Below are positions 50,462-60,699 of a stretch of 64,000 bases of DNA, in pieces; the stretch's first letter is position 1; every line of letters begins with the position of its first letter. Made by a program: the position numbers and the translations under genes. The stretch comes from an uncultured candidate division Zixibacteria bacterium (GTDB lineage: Bacteria; Zixibacteria; MSB-5A5; UBA10806; 4484-95): the NCBI GenBank assembly GCA_963668625.2, contig CAXXKA010000001.1, positions 288,001 to 352,000 on the forward strand, in the 5' to 3' direction. The notes beneath the pieces were generated by a model. The model searched no databases. It saw only the letters and a program-made list of their open reading frames with translations, and was not told the DNA's origin.

Positions 50462-50517
50462 ACTCGCTCCTTGATAGTGGTGTAGGTTTTAATATATCAG
50501 TTGAACGAAAGAGAGGA

Positions 50518-51003
50518 TTACTTGTAGTCCTCCATAATCATCTTGATCTTTTTTACGTGACCCAGCTCGAATTTAGCCAGGTAATCGTACATCTCTTTAC
50601 CCTTCTCATCGTCGATTTTATTGGCGAGGTCGGTGTAAAGATTATAAGCGCGCTCCTCGAGAATCAAAGCGATTTCCAAAATCCGCATCGGAGTGGTGGT
50701 CTCGGAAACCTCCTCAAGAAGCTCGTCATGAACTTTCTCCATTTGTTCATCTATATCCGGCAAGCCCTCTTTACGCATGACATCCGTAACCGTATTCCAC
50801 ATCTCCGAACGGACAAGGTTATCGTATTGTCCCTCAAGAATGCGGTAATGGTCTTTTTCCTGACCTGCCAGGAGTTCGAGAGTTTCCCTGAGCTTCCCAT
50901 CCCTGGTAATTACCATGCTTCTCTTGTAAAATACGTAAGCCGCCAGCTCGGCCTGTATCCCTTTCGATAATCCATCCAAAACAGCTTTTTCTACGGGGCT
51001 CAT
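50518..51003 (-). CDS. Ferritin-like/rubrerythrin family protein
   Basis: E..A..FY, EKDH, E..AYNLY, ELGH diiron-type pattern. Confidence 0.85.
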   Translation of the reverse strand: MSPVEKAVLDGLSKGIQAELAAYVFYKRSMVITRDGKLRETLELLAGQEKDHYRILEGQYDNLVRSEMWNTVTDVMRKEGLPDIDEQMEKVHDELLEEVSETTTPMRILEIALILEERAYNLYTDLANKIDDEKGKEMYDYLAKFELGHVKKIKMIMEDYK

Positions 51004-51309
51004 TTTATCTCCTTATCTGAAATTAAACATTTTAGACTATCTAACTCCCTGAATTTAACATTACTTATAGTGGATGTCAATTGTTCCTTAAAGGATGTTG
51101 TTACCTATTTGATAAAATTATATTATAAATATGCTCCATCATTGACATTTAATGGAAACTAAAAACTTATAAATCTACGTATATATATTATGGAAAAGAA
51201 AAGTTTTCAATTGATGTTACGATATTTAGGCTATATTTTAAATTGATGCTAATTCTGGAATTCTCGATTCAATGAATATAAAAGTTTAATTCAAAAATAC
51301 GGAGGTTTA

Positions 51310-53943
51310 ATGTTCAAGCCGTACAGATTGTTCTATTTGTTTGCCGTTTTATTTGTTTTCGCCGGTTTCAGTGAAAAAGCTATCGCTAAAGATGATAAAG
51401 GCTCAGACAAGAAAAATGGCAAATCGTTCGAATCGATTATCAAGGATTATGATAAAATTCCCGGTCTGTTCACGTTCTACGAGAACCTGGAGGAGGGCAA
51501 AGTATACATGGAGATCAAGCCCGAGCAATTCGGGAAACTGTATATGTGTAACCTTACCCGCTCGGCCGGTGATGGCGCTTTTTACGACAACGGCGCGGAT
51601 GCAGGCGAATTCCCGTTCGAGTTCAAGCGCGTAGGTAAAAAGATACAGATGCTGGTGAAAAACTTGAATTTCAGGATCGATTCCACCTATGCTTTATCTC
51701 GAGCGTTGGAGCGCGGGGTTAGCAACAGTATCTATGGTGTGGTTAAATTAGAGGGAGAGCCGCAGAAAAAAACCGGCTCTATTTTAGTCGATCCATCCGG
51801 TTTTTTCATTCAGGATGTCGGCAATACGAGTTATGCCCTTGGCAAGAAGCTTAAAACCGATTATTCATTCGATAAGGAAAACAGCAATTTCGGTACTATA
51901 AAATCATTCCCTTATAATACCGAGATCGACGCCATCTATCATTTTAAAACCCAAAAGCCCAATCCGGCTTATAATCTGGCCAGCCCTTATAGCATGTTTC
52001 ATACTTATCATTTCTCGATATTCGAGCTCAGAGATACCGGCTATATCCCTCGTTTTGCTGATGATCGTGTTGGTTATTTCCAGACATTATACCAGGATTA
52101 CTCCGATTTATCCCGCGAAACACCGTATGTGCGATATATCAACAGGTGGCATCTGGAGAAAGCCAATCCCGAACTAGAGGTTTCACCTCCAAAAGTACCG
52201 ATTGTTTACTGGATCGAAAACACCGTGCCCGAGGATTATCGGGAATTTGTTCGCGATGGCATCCTTCACTGGAATAAAGCTTTCGAGAAAGCGGGAATCA
52301 AGGATGCTATCGTAGTCAAGCAAATGCCAGATACGGCTACCTGGGATCCGGCGGACGCCCGTTATAGCACTATAAGATGGATCGTCAATCCCGGCGGTAC
52401 TTATGCCGTGGGGCCATCGCATACGAATCCGTTTACCGGGCAAATCTATGATGCTGACGTACGCGTAAGCGCGGATTTCATTCGCTGGATGTATATCTAC
52501 TCCGATTATTATATCGATCCGCTGGTTGCCGAGCAGAATCCTTTCGATTTACTCGATGGACAAAACGGAGATTATCGCTATTGTGATAATTTCGCTGCCG
52601 AACTGGCTAAGGATGCCGCTTTTGCCTATAGCGTTATCGCCTCTCGACCTGATTTAGCCAATGCCGATTCGGTGACCCAGGAGTTCGTCAAGCAGTACGT
52701 TGTCGATCTGGTCACTCACGAGGTTGGTCATACGTTGGGATTACGGCACAATTTCAAATCATCGATCATTCATGACAATGATCAACGCCACGATGTGGAA
52801 CGTACCTCACGAATGGGGCTCACCGCCTCGGTGATGGATTACAATCCGGCCAATCTCGCTCCTCCCGGAAAAAAACAGGGTGAGTTCTGGAATTCGACTC
52901 CCGGAACATACGATTATTGGGCTATTGAGTATGGCTACAAACAGTATAATGGTGTCGAAAAACCCGAAGATGAAACTGAGATGCTCGAATCGGTAGCCTC
53001 TCGGGCCGCTGATCCGCTTCTGCCGTACGGTACCGATGAGGACGTATTCGGCAATTCCATGCAGGGTATCGATCCCTATTGTAATATGCGTGATCTTGGC
53101 AATGATCCGATCATATTTTACGAAGATGAGATAGCTCTTTCAGAGGAGTTGTGGAAAAGGATCGAGACGGAATTCGAGAAACCCGGAGATCGGTACCAGC
53201 GGGTAATGTCGGCGTTTAACCGTGGCTGGCGTTCTTATTACTATGCCTCGCGTATCGTAACCAAATTCATCGGTGGAATAGACCGCGTCAATTACCATAT
53301 AGGTGATTCTAATGAAAGACTACCGTTCGAACCCATTCCTGCGGCCAAACAAAAAGAGGCCATGGCGTTCCTCGATCAGTACATATTCGCTCCGGATGCC
53401 TTCAAGTTTCCGGCTGATCTTCTGAACAAGCTCCAACCCGAACGTCTTGAGGATTTCGCCTGGTCGGCAGGCAAGATGAAACGGGTGGATTACCCGATTC
53501 ACGATCGCGTGTTCTCTTATCAGAAAGAGCCGATTGACAGGCTGTTCAATCCGATTACCCTGCAGAGAATTCAGGATATCGAGCTTCGCTATAAACCCGG
53601 CCAGGATGTTTATACGATGGCTGAGATTTTCACCGATCTCCGCCGGTCTATCTGGCGGGAGGTTGTTGGTAAGACTAATATCAACAGTTTCCGTAGACGG
53701 TTGCAGAGATATCATCTCGATAAGGATATCCAGATGGTAGTTAACGAGATGACCGGTATCCCGGAGGATGCTCGCACGCTGGCCAGGAACGACCTGAAGG
53801 TGTTGCAGGGAGCTATCCCCGGAGCGTTGGCCAATCCCAATCTCGATCTGATCACCCGTGCTCATCTAGAGGAGTCCAAAGCCCGTATAGATGCTGCTTT
53901 AAAAGCCGGTGTGGAGAGAAGCCTTCAAGCTAAAAAGGGATAA
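51310..53943 (+). CDS. Secreted zinc metalloprotease (metzincin, DUF5117/DUF4953-type)
   Basis: Signal peptide; PRFADDRVGYF; HEVGHTLGLRHNF; SVMDY Met-turn; YDYWAIEYGY. Confidence 0.9.
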   Translation: MFKPYRLFYLFAVLFVFAGFSEKAIAKDDKGSDKKNGKSFESIIKDYDKIPGLFTFYENLEEGKVYMEIKPEQFGKLYMCNLTRSAGDGAFYDNGADAGEFPFEFKRVGKKIQMLVKNLNFRIDSTYALSRALERGVSNSIYGVVKLEGEPQKKTGSILVDPSGFFIQDVGNTSYALGKKLKTDYSFDKENSNFGTIKSFPYNTEIDAIYHFKTQKPNPAYNLASPYSMFHTYHFSIFELRDTGYIPRFADDRVGYFQTLYQDYSDLSRETPYVRYINRWHLEKANPELEVSPPKVPIVYWIENTVPEDYREFVRDGILHWNKAFEKAGIKDAIVVKQMPDTATWDPADARYSTIRWIVNPGGTYAVGPSHTNPFTGQIYDADVRVSADFIRWMYIYSDYYIDPLVAEQNPFDLLDGQNGDYRYCDNFAAELAKDAAFAYSVIASRPDLANADSVTQEFVKQYVVDLVTHEVGHTLGLRHNFKSSIIHDNDQRHDVERTSRMGLTASVMDYNPANLAPPGKKQGEFWNSTPGTYDYWAIEYGYKQYNGVEKPEDETEMLESVASRAADPLLPYGTDEDVFGNSMQGIDPYCNMRDLGNDPIIFYEDEIALSEELWKRIETEFEKPGDRYQRVMSAFNRGWRSYYYASRIVTKFIGGIDRVNYHIGDSNERLPFEPIPAAKQKEAMAFLDQYIFAPDAFKFPADLLNKLQPERLEDFAWSAGKMKRVDYPIHDRVFSYQKEPIDRLFNPITLQRIQDIELRYKPGQDVYTMAEIFTDLRRSIWREVVGKTNINSFRRRLQRYHLDKDIQMVVNEMTGIPEDARTLARNDLKVLQGAIPGALANPNLDLITRAHLEESKARIDAALKAGVERSLQAKKG

Positions 53944-53964
53944 ATTAACGAAAAGATTAATGCG

Positions 53965-53994
53965 AAACCGGGTCTATTTTAGGCCCGGTTTTTT
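53965..53994 (+). terminator. Intrinsic terminator
   Basis: AAACCGGGTCT-atttt-AGGCCCGGTTTTTT. Confidence 0.78.
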
Positions 53995-53997
53995 ATA

Positions 53998-54146
53998 ATT
54001 GATGATAATATTTCACTGAGCAGGAAGGAATCTTTCCTTCCTGCTGATTTGTTGTCACCTGAATTCATGCAGAGTGTTACCGGGAAAGGATTAACAAAGG
54101 ATTTCGTCCGCCCAGTGATTCATGCAAACGACTTTTCAACAATCCC
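53998..54146 (+). repeat. MITE-B degenerate copy
   Basis: CTGAGCAG...CACCTGA...CCGGGAAAGGATTAACAAAGGATTTCGTCCGCCCAG...TTTTCAACAATCCC. Confidence 0.75.
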
Positions 54147-54273
54147 GGAGGCGGTAATCTGGTACGGCCTTTTATCTTGTTGCAATAACTTGTAGAGTTA
54201 GCCATGTTTAACGTCATTTAGATAATGTTTAGGAATATGAAAGGAGATCAAAACGAAGTTTTTCAAATACGGT

Positions 54274-54302
54274 GGTTTACAAAATCGGAGTTTTGTAACC
54301 AG
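54274..54302 (-). repeat. CTGG-type REP-like palindrome
   Basis: Reverse complement CTGGTTACAAAACTCCGATTTTGTAAACC. Confidence 0.5.
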
Positions 54303-54706
54303 TACCAGCCAACTTAAGTTGTACGATAAAGGCTAACGAGCCTGTGGCCGATAGTAGTTCGCAATGGATGATAACTATTAGTCGTTTTGAGGATTTATTA
54401 GCCGATTAATAATAAGCAGGTAAGCCCCTTAATGATAAAAATATCGACCAGAAACCTTAATATATTTGAATTAGTTATTCCTATAAGTTTATTTATAATA
54501 GAGAGAATATGCCGATAAAGTTGATAATACTTGACATAAACAAGGATGGATGATATAAAAGACATTATGCCTGATTCAGGGGACTTTATAATTTCTTTTA
54601 TTTTTTATTTGATAAATAGCGAAAAGGTTATACATTAGCGCTGATGTGTAATTGTTTTCGTTTTTAGACGCAACAATTGTTTTAGTGATGGTTACAATTG
54701 GATAAC

Positions 54707-55810
54707 ATGAATAGAGATAACACGCACGCTGCAATTTTATCTAAACGCAAAAGCGAGCATCTTCAGATAGTCACCAATGAGGATGTCGTCCATAGTGGCG
54801 GCACTCTTCTTAATGATATACGATTATACCATCAGGCTTTACCCGAGCTGAGTATCAATGAGCTATACACCCAGGTGGAGTTTTTCGGAAAAATTCTTCA
54901 GGTACCATTTATGATTACAGGTATGACCGGCGGAGCCGATTTTGCCGGACAACTTAATAGGGGGCTGGCCGAGGTTGCCGAAAAGCACGGTATAGCTATG
55001 GGAGTCGGCAGCCAACGAATTATGATACGCCATCCGGAGATGGCCAAGGATTTCCAGGTACGCGATAAAATCCCGAACGGCGTATTGCTGGGGAATATCG
55101 GAGCCGTGCAATTACAGGAATACACCCCGGATGTTATCAAAGCTCTGGTAGATATAATCGAGGCAGACGGTATTTGTGTACATTTGAACGCTGCCCAGGA
55201 AATAATGCAGGAGGAAGGGCATCGCAATTTTAATAAGCTGCTCGATAAAATCGATAAGCTCAATAGCTACCTCGATGGCAAAGTTTTAGTGAAAGAAACC
55301 GGCGCCGGTATGTCTATCGAGACGCTCAAGCAGTTGAAATCGATTGGTATAACAATAATCGATGTTGCCGGAGCAGGCGGAACCTCCTGGACGAAAGTTG
55401 AAGCCTTAAGGGCTCAAAATCAGAATTTAAAAAAGCTGGGCATGGCTTTCGCCGATTGGGGCGTGCCGACAGCGTTTAGTATAATTTCGGCGAAGAAAAT
55501 TATGGGTGATGGTGTTAAGCTTATCGGCTCAGGCGGTATTACCTCAGGTTTGGATGCCGCCCGGGCTATAGCCGCCGGCGCTGATATCGCCGGATTCGCC
55601 CGACCGGCCCTGTTGGCTTACATGAGTAATGGCAGCGAGGGTGTGTCATCACTGATTAATAGTTTTACGGAGGAGTTAAAAGCTGCGATGTTATTAACCG
55701 GATCGAAAGATATTACCGCACTTAAAAAAGCATCAAGAGCATATAAAAGCGAATTGAAGGACTTGCTGGAAAATCACGGCTGGTTCGAGGGGGAACAACT
55801 TGGAAATTAA
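54707..55810 (+). CDS. fni: Type 2 isopentenyl-diphosphate isomerase
   Basis: RKSEHL, ITGMTGG, GVGSQR, HLNAAQE, KETGAG, DVAGAGGTSW, SGGI; start ATG 54707 or TTG 54698. Confidence 0.95.
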   Translation: MNRDNTHAAILSKRKSEHLQIVTNEDVVHSGGTLLNDIRLYHQALPELSINELYTQVEFFGKILQVPFMITGMTGGADFAGQLNRGLAEVAEKHGIAMGVGSQRIMIRHPEMAKDFQVRDKIPNGVLLGNIGAVQLQEYTPDVIKALVDIIEADGICVHLNAAQEIMQEEGHRNFNKLLDKIDKLNSYLDGKVLVKETGAGMSIETLKQLKSIGITIIDVAGAGGTSWTKVEALRAQNQNLKKLGMAFADWGVPTAFSIISAKKIMGDGVKLIGSGGITSGLDAARAIAAGADIAGFARPALLAYMSNGSEGVSSLINSFTEELKAAMLLTGSKDITALKKASRAYKSELKDLLENHGWFEGEQLGN

Positions 55811-58106
55811 GAGAAACACCGGCACTGAAAACGATATACCAGCGGTAAAACATCCAATTTCATCACGAATACCGGGATTCTACCGTCTACCTGTCGAGCA
55901 AAGGTTGGCCTTTTTAGCCAGAAGCTATAGTTTATCCGAAAAGGAGATATCCGAGCTACGAAACGGTCAGGCTCTGAAAATCGAACACGCCGTGAACCTG
56001 GTTGAAAACGCGGTCGGTATTTTCGGTATACCACTGGGACTGGGTTTGAATTTCTATATCGACGGCCGGGAGCATATCGTTCCTATGGCTATCGAGGAAG
56101 CCTCTATAATTGCAGCGGCATCCCGCGCGGCGCTTATGATTCGCTCAGGCGGTGGTTTTCATACAAAAGTAGATAAACCCGTTATGATAGGCCAGGTTCA
56201 GGTGATGGATTTGAAAGATATCGAGTCCGCCGAATCCGTAGTACAGAACAATAAAACTGATATTATCAATGAGGCAAACCTGCCTCACCCTAGGATGCTT
56301 GCTCGTGGCGGTGGAGTTTTCGATCTGGAAACCAAGATCGTTGATGGCGGCGATGACATCGGGCGAATGCTCATCGTACATCTTTTGTTCGATGTTCGCG
56401 AGGCTATGGGCGCTAATGCCGTCTCCGGAGCTTGTGAATCCGCCGGGCCGCTTATCGAAAAGTTAACCGGTGGAAGGGTAAATTTACGAATTCTATCGAA
56501 TTTAGCCGACAAGAGAATGGCCTCCGCCGAATTTGCGCTGCCGATCGAGATGCTGGCGACTAAAGAGCTTTCGGGCGAACGAGTTGCCAACTATATAGTC
56601 GAGGCTGACCGTCTGGCATACAACGACCCCTATCGGGCGACCACTCACAACAAGGGTATTTTCAACGGGCTATGCGCGGCGGCTCTGGCATTGGGACAGG
56701 ACTGGCGAGCTATAGAGGCCGGTGGTCATGCTTATGCCTCCCGCGATGGTAAGTATCGTGGCCTGACCGAGTATACGATCAAAGGCAACTTCCTGAAAGC
56801 CAAGCTGGACTTGCCGCTTCAGGTAGGTTGGGTAGGCGGAGCGATCAAATCGCATCCGGGAATAAAAACTTTACAGAAAATAAGTGGAATCGAAAACGCG
56901 AAACAGCTTGCCGGCGTACTGGTGGCTGTCGGCCTGGCGCAGAATTTCGCGGCCTTGAACGCTCTCTGCACCGATGGCATCCAAAAAGGCCACATGGCTC
57001 TTCATGCCAGAAGCGTTGCCTTGAGTGTCGGCGTGCCCGCCGATGAGGTCGAGGAAGTCGCCAACGAGATGATTCAGCAGGGGGATATTAAAGTTGCCAC
57101 CGCCGAGGAGATATATCAGGGTATGTTAAATTCACCTCGTCCAAAACCTAAAAAAGATAAATTGCCGGTTGAGATATTCGCTCCCGGCAAAGTGGTGTTG
57201 TTCGGCGAACACGCTACGGTCTATGGTTACCCGGGAATTACTACCTCGCTGAATATCGGTATGAAAGTCAAAATATCACACGACCCGGATGGACCGCGAT
57301 TCTTGAAACCAAAATACAAACAGGTGTTTACCGTAGAGGGAAGCAACCTGGATGTTCAAAGGTTTTCCAAAGCGGTCGAGCTGGCTCTCGCAACTTATGG
57401 CCTTCAGAACGAGCCGCTTGCTATAGACGTGGAATCCGATCTCGTACCCGGTATGGGACTTGGTTCATCCGCAACTTTCTCGACCGCCTTATGCAAAGCG
57501 CTAGCCAAGTACAAAGGCGAGGATATCCCCGATCATTTCGATTTCGAGCTATTTAATAAAGTCCAGAATCTCGAATCTATATTTCACGGCCATCCCAGCG
57601 GAATGGATGCCGCGACCGTGCTATCCAACACGGTTATCTGGTTCAGAAAAGGCCCGCCGCGCGAGATTCTGCCGCTGAAAATGTCGCATTACATGACCGG
57701 CCTCGTTTGCCTGATAGAACCCGGCGCATCGACCGCCGAGATCGTTCGTAAGGTTAAAAACAGACGTATGCGCAATCCCGAGTTCATCGATGATATCATG
57801 CAGCAAATAGGCAGCTTAACGGTGGATGCCGGTATCGCTCTGGGCACCGGTGACTCTCGTGAACTGGGCAAACTGATGTTCAGGAACCATGAACTGCTGG
57901 TCAAACTCGGTGTCTCGACTCCGGCGTTGAACGATGCGGTGGAGACTCTTCTCGAATACGAGGTGCTGGGCGCCAAGCTCACCGGCTCCGGCGGCGGTGG
58001 CGCGGTTATCGCATTGGTCGAACCGACCCGTCAGTATGAGTTGTTAGAGGAGCTTTCCGATGAGTTTGCAATGGTCTATCCGTTTACACTCGGGGCAATG
58101 GCATGA
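55800..58106 (+). CDS. Class II HMG-CoA reductase fused to mevalonate kinase
   Basis: N-terminal ENAVG, PMAIEEASIIAA, EAMGAN, RILSNL, RATTHNKG, GIQKGHMALH; C-terminal APGKVVLFGEHA.VYG, GMGLGSSA, HG.PSG.D, GAKLTGSGGGG. Confidence 0.92.
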   Translation: MEIKRNTGTENDIPAVKHPISSRIPGFYRLPVEQRLAFLARSYSLSEKEISELRNGQALKIEHAVNLVENAVGIFGIPLGLGLNFYIDGREHIVPMAIEEASIIAAASRAALMIRSGGGFHTKVDKPVMIGQVQVMDLKDIESAESVVQNNKTDIINEANLPHPRMLARGGGVFDLETKIVDGGDDIGRMLIVHLLFDVREAMGANAVSGACESAGPLIEKLTGGRVNLRILSNLADKRMASAEFALPIEMLATKELSGERVANYIVEADRLAYNDPYRATTHNKGIFNGLCAAALALGQDWRAIEAGGHAYASRDGKYRGLTEYTIKGNFLKAKLDLPLQVGWVGGAIKSHPGIKTLQKISGIENAKQLAGVLVAVGLAQNFAALNALCTDGIQKGHMALHARSVALSVGVPADEVEEVANEMIQQGDIKVATAEEIYQGMLNSPRPKPKKDKLPVEIFAPGKVVLFGEHATVYGYPGITTSLNIGMKVKISHDPDGPRFLKPKYKQVFTVEGSNLDVQRFSKAVELALATYGLQNEPLAIDVESDLVPGMGLGSSATFSTALCKALAKYKGEDIPDHFDFELFNKVQNLESIFHGHPSGMDAATVLSNTVIWFRKGPPREILPLKMSHYMTGLVCLIEPGASTAEIVRKVKNRRMRNPEFIDDIMQQIGSLTVDAGIALGTGDSRELGKLMFRNHELLVKLGVSTPALNDAVETLLEYEVLGAKLTGSGGGGAVIALVEPTRQYELLEELSDEFAMVYPFTLGAMA

Positions 58107-59074
58107 TAATGCGGGCAACAGCCTGTGCATACGCCAATATAGCCATAATCAAATACTGGGGTAAACATCCAGAGGGTATCAATTCCCCGGCTACACCGTC
58201 AATATCGTTGACATTAGATAAGCTTAAAACCGTAACGAAAATAAAACTGTATTCCGAGGGTATCGATAGTTTTAAAATTAACGATAAACCAGCGGACCTG
58301 GAATCATCCAAAAGAATAAAACAGTATCTCGATTTCTGGCGCAATAAAGGTTTGATAAACGGCGTTTTCCAGGTAGAATCACGCAATAATTTTCCCACCA
58401 AATCGGGACTTGCCTCGAGCTCATCAGGATATGCGGCTTTAGCTATCGGCCTGTCCGCTTTCTCCACCAAAAAAATCGGTGTAAGCAGGCTAAGCGGATT
58501 GGCAAGGATCGGCAGCGGCTCGGCCGCCCGTTCGATAACCGGCGGATTGAGCGCTTTGCCCAAAACGAACTCACCGACCGCTCGTCTTTTAATACCTGCG
58601 GCGAAAATCCCCTGGGGAATGATAATCTGCGAGGTTGACCAGGCGGAAAAAGAGATCGGCTCGAGAGTCGGAATGGAATTAAGCCGGAAATCCAGTCCTT
58701 ATTATGACTCGTGGGTAGTACAGGCTCAGAGAGACTATTTGATGATGCTTCGCGCTTTGAAAAAGCTCGATCTCGAACTGGTAGGACATATCATGGAATC
58801 GAACACCCTGAGTATGCATGCCTGCATGATCGCCACAAGACCATCGTTGATTTACTGGACATCTGCTACCATAGATATTCTTCATGCCGTTAAGAGATGG
58901 CGTAAAACCGGCAATCAGGTTTATGCCACAATGGATGCCGGCCCGCATGTGATACTGCTTTGCCATCGTGATGACCTTGACAGGTTAGCCAAAAGAGCGG
59001 CTCGGATTGACGGCGTTATTAAAACCACTAAAAGCCTACCGGCCGATGGAGCGAGTGTTATTTCATGGGATTAA
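58103..59074 (+). CDS. mvaD: Diphosphomevalonate decarboxylase
   Basis: ANIAIIKYWGK, SISLTL, GLASSSSG, GSGSAARS, TMDAGPHV. Confidence 0.95.
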   Translation: MIMRATACAYANIAIIKYWGKHPEGINSPATPSISLTLDKLKTVTKIKLYSEGIDSFKINDKPADLESSKRIKQYLDFWRNKGLINGVFQVESRNNFPTKSGLASSSSGYAALAIGLSAFSTKKIGVSRLSGLARIGSGSAARSITGGLSALPKTNSPTARLLIPAAKIPWGMIICEVDQAEKEIGSRVGMELSRKSSPYYDSWVVQAQRDYLMMLRALKKLDLELVGHIMESNTLSMHACMIATRPSLIYWTSATIDILHAVKRWRKTGNQVYATMDAGPHVILLCHRDDLDRLAKRAARIDGVIKTTKSLPADGASVISWD

Positions 59075-60000
59075 TAAGTGTTAATGTACCGGGCAAAGTG
59101 ATGTTGTCCGGCGAATATGCCGTACTTTACGGGGGCACTGCCGCGTTGATGCCCGTACCTTTGTTTTTAAAAGTGTCCGAATCGGAAAATAAACTATCAG
59201 GAGAGTATTCACCTGTCATTAAAGCAGCGCTCGATTTGGAGATCGTCGATCTTCTGGAGTTCGAGGAAAAACATGGTAAGCCTCATATAGATATAGATCG
59301 CAGTATGTTATTCGGTAGCGATCAATCTGGCAAGCCTATCAAGTTGGGTCTCGGATCCTCGGCCGCCGAGGCGGTCGGTGTGATTAAGCTGAGATTCAAA
59401 CGCGCCGGTCATGAATATCAGGATGCCGAGGGGATTATTTTAGAGTACGCGTTGATGGCGCACGAGGAGGCGCAGGGGGGAATAGGCAGCGGCGCGGATG
59501 TGGCGGCTTGCACTTTTGCCTCGCCGATACGCTTTGCCAAACCTTACGAGTCGGAGTTCAAAACGATAGTGCCGATAGAACCGGAATACGAGTACCCCAT
59601 GCATCTGTTGTGGACCGGAATTTCGGCTGATACCCGGGAGATGGTCGACAATTTCCAGCGCTGGGCCGAAATTGCGGATGAATCCGAGCAGGATATTTTA
59701 TCCGATTTGATAGATGTAGCTAACGAACTGGCCGAGATGTGGTTCGTGGTCGAGGAGGATGAGATTTTCGAAAGGTTGGATGAGTACGCCGGTATCATGA
59801 ATAGCTGTGCCAGAATGGCCGGGATACCTTATAGAAAGCCCATACACGAGGAAATTGAAAACTGGGCTATCCGTCACGGCGGGCGCGCCAAACCGACCGG
59901 CGCAGGCGGCGGTGATATGATTCTACTGATAGGCGAATTACCGGTTAACAAATTAAGTCATCTGGTGATACCCCTTAATTTTAAGCCTTTCGAGGAATAA
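59065..60000 (+). CDS. Phosphomevalonate kinase (GHMP family)
   Basis: PGKVMLSGEYAVL, KLGLGSSAA, GSGADVA, KPTGAGGGD. Confidence 0.82.
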   Translation: MGLISVNVPGKVMLSGEYAVLYGGTAALMPVPLFLKVSESENKLSGEYSPVIKAALDLEIVDLLEFEEKHGKPHIDIDRSMLFGSDQSGKPIKLGLGSSAAEAVGVIKLRFKRAGHEYQDAEGIILEYALMAHEEAQGGIGSGADVAACTFASPIRFAKPYESEFKTIVPIEPEYEYPMHLLWTGISADTREMVDNFQRWAEIADESEQDILSDLIDVANELAEMWFVVEEDEIFERLDEYAGIMNSCARMAGIPYRKPIHEEIENWAIRHGGRAKPTGAGGGDMILLIGELPVNKLSHLVIPLNFKPFEE

Positions 60001-60080
60001 TTCTTATCAAGAACCTTTCTATAGCAATATGCGTTATAATTTACATAACAAAAATATCTCAATGATGCTAAGGAGGAGTA

Positions 60081-60575
60081 ATGATTGAAACTCTAACGAT
60101 TCGTAAAGCAGTTGAACTAGCCATAACGACCGAGCAGCTCGGAGCCGAGTTTTATACCCGCATGGAAAGAAAATTCCGTGATAATGAAAATTTGAAAGCG
60201 ATTTTTGCCCGCCTGGTTAAAGATGAGGAGGCACACGAGGCGCAGTTCAAAGCCATATTAAAACATGTGCCGGAGGATGAGCCGGGTAAACAGCAATACG
60301 AGAAATATCAATTCCTGAGAGCAACCGCGATTTCAGGATTTTTCAGAAAAGAATATTTTAAAAATACGGATGAGATTTCCAATCAGGATGAGGCGTTGGG
60401 CCGAGCTCTTAATTTCGAGAAAGCCACGCTTCAATACTATCAGGCAATCCGTGATATCCTGGGTTCGGATGACGCCCTGGAGGATATCATCAAAGCCGAG
60501 CACGGACATGTGGTTGCTTTAATGAAAGTCATCGTGGCCGATGGTAAATTTCGAGGTCTGGGTGACAACTGGTAA
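60081..60575 (+). CDS. Ferritin-like/rubrerythrin family protein
   Basis: E..GAEFY, DEEAH, FEKATLQYY, AEHGH; AGGAGG RBS. Confidence 0.85.
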   Translation: MIETLTIRKAVELAITTEQLGAEFYTRMERKFRDNENLKAIFARLVKDEEAHEAQFKAILKHVPEDEPGKQQYEKYQFLRATAISGFFRKEYFKNTDEISNQDEALGRALNFEKATLQYYQAIRDILGSDDALEDIIKAEHGHVVALMKVIVADGKFRGLGDNW

Positions 60576-60639
60576 AAGTATATTGGGTAATTAAAAGTTA
60601 GCTGTGGGATTCACGGACTTCGTTTCAATTATTAAAATT

Positions 60640-60676
60640 AAAAAGCAGGGAACTCCAACGAGAATCCCTGCTTTTA
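60640..60676. terminator. Bidirectional terminator between convergent genes
   Basis: AAAAAGCAGGGA-loop-TCCCTGCTTTT. Confidence 0.7.
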
Positions 60677-60699
60677 TTTTTCTCAGGAAAAGCCGAAAT

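Noticed and set aside
22176-54146. Repeats as a CRISPR array
   Set aside because: Copies are dispersed, with no regular repeat-spacer period and no cas genes in the window.
54492-54518. GCCGATAA upstream of fni as a sigma-28 promoter
   Set aside because: The -35 at correct spacing is TTTA rather than TAAA, in an AT-rich context.
50518-60575. Two ferritin-like genes as encapsulin cargo or a special system
   Set aside because: No encapsulin gene or targeting peptide seen; such paralogs are common in anaerobes.
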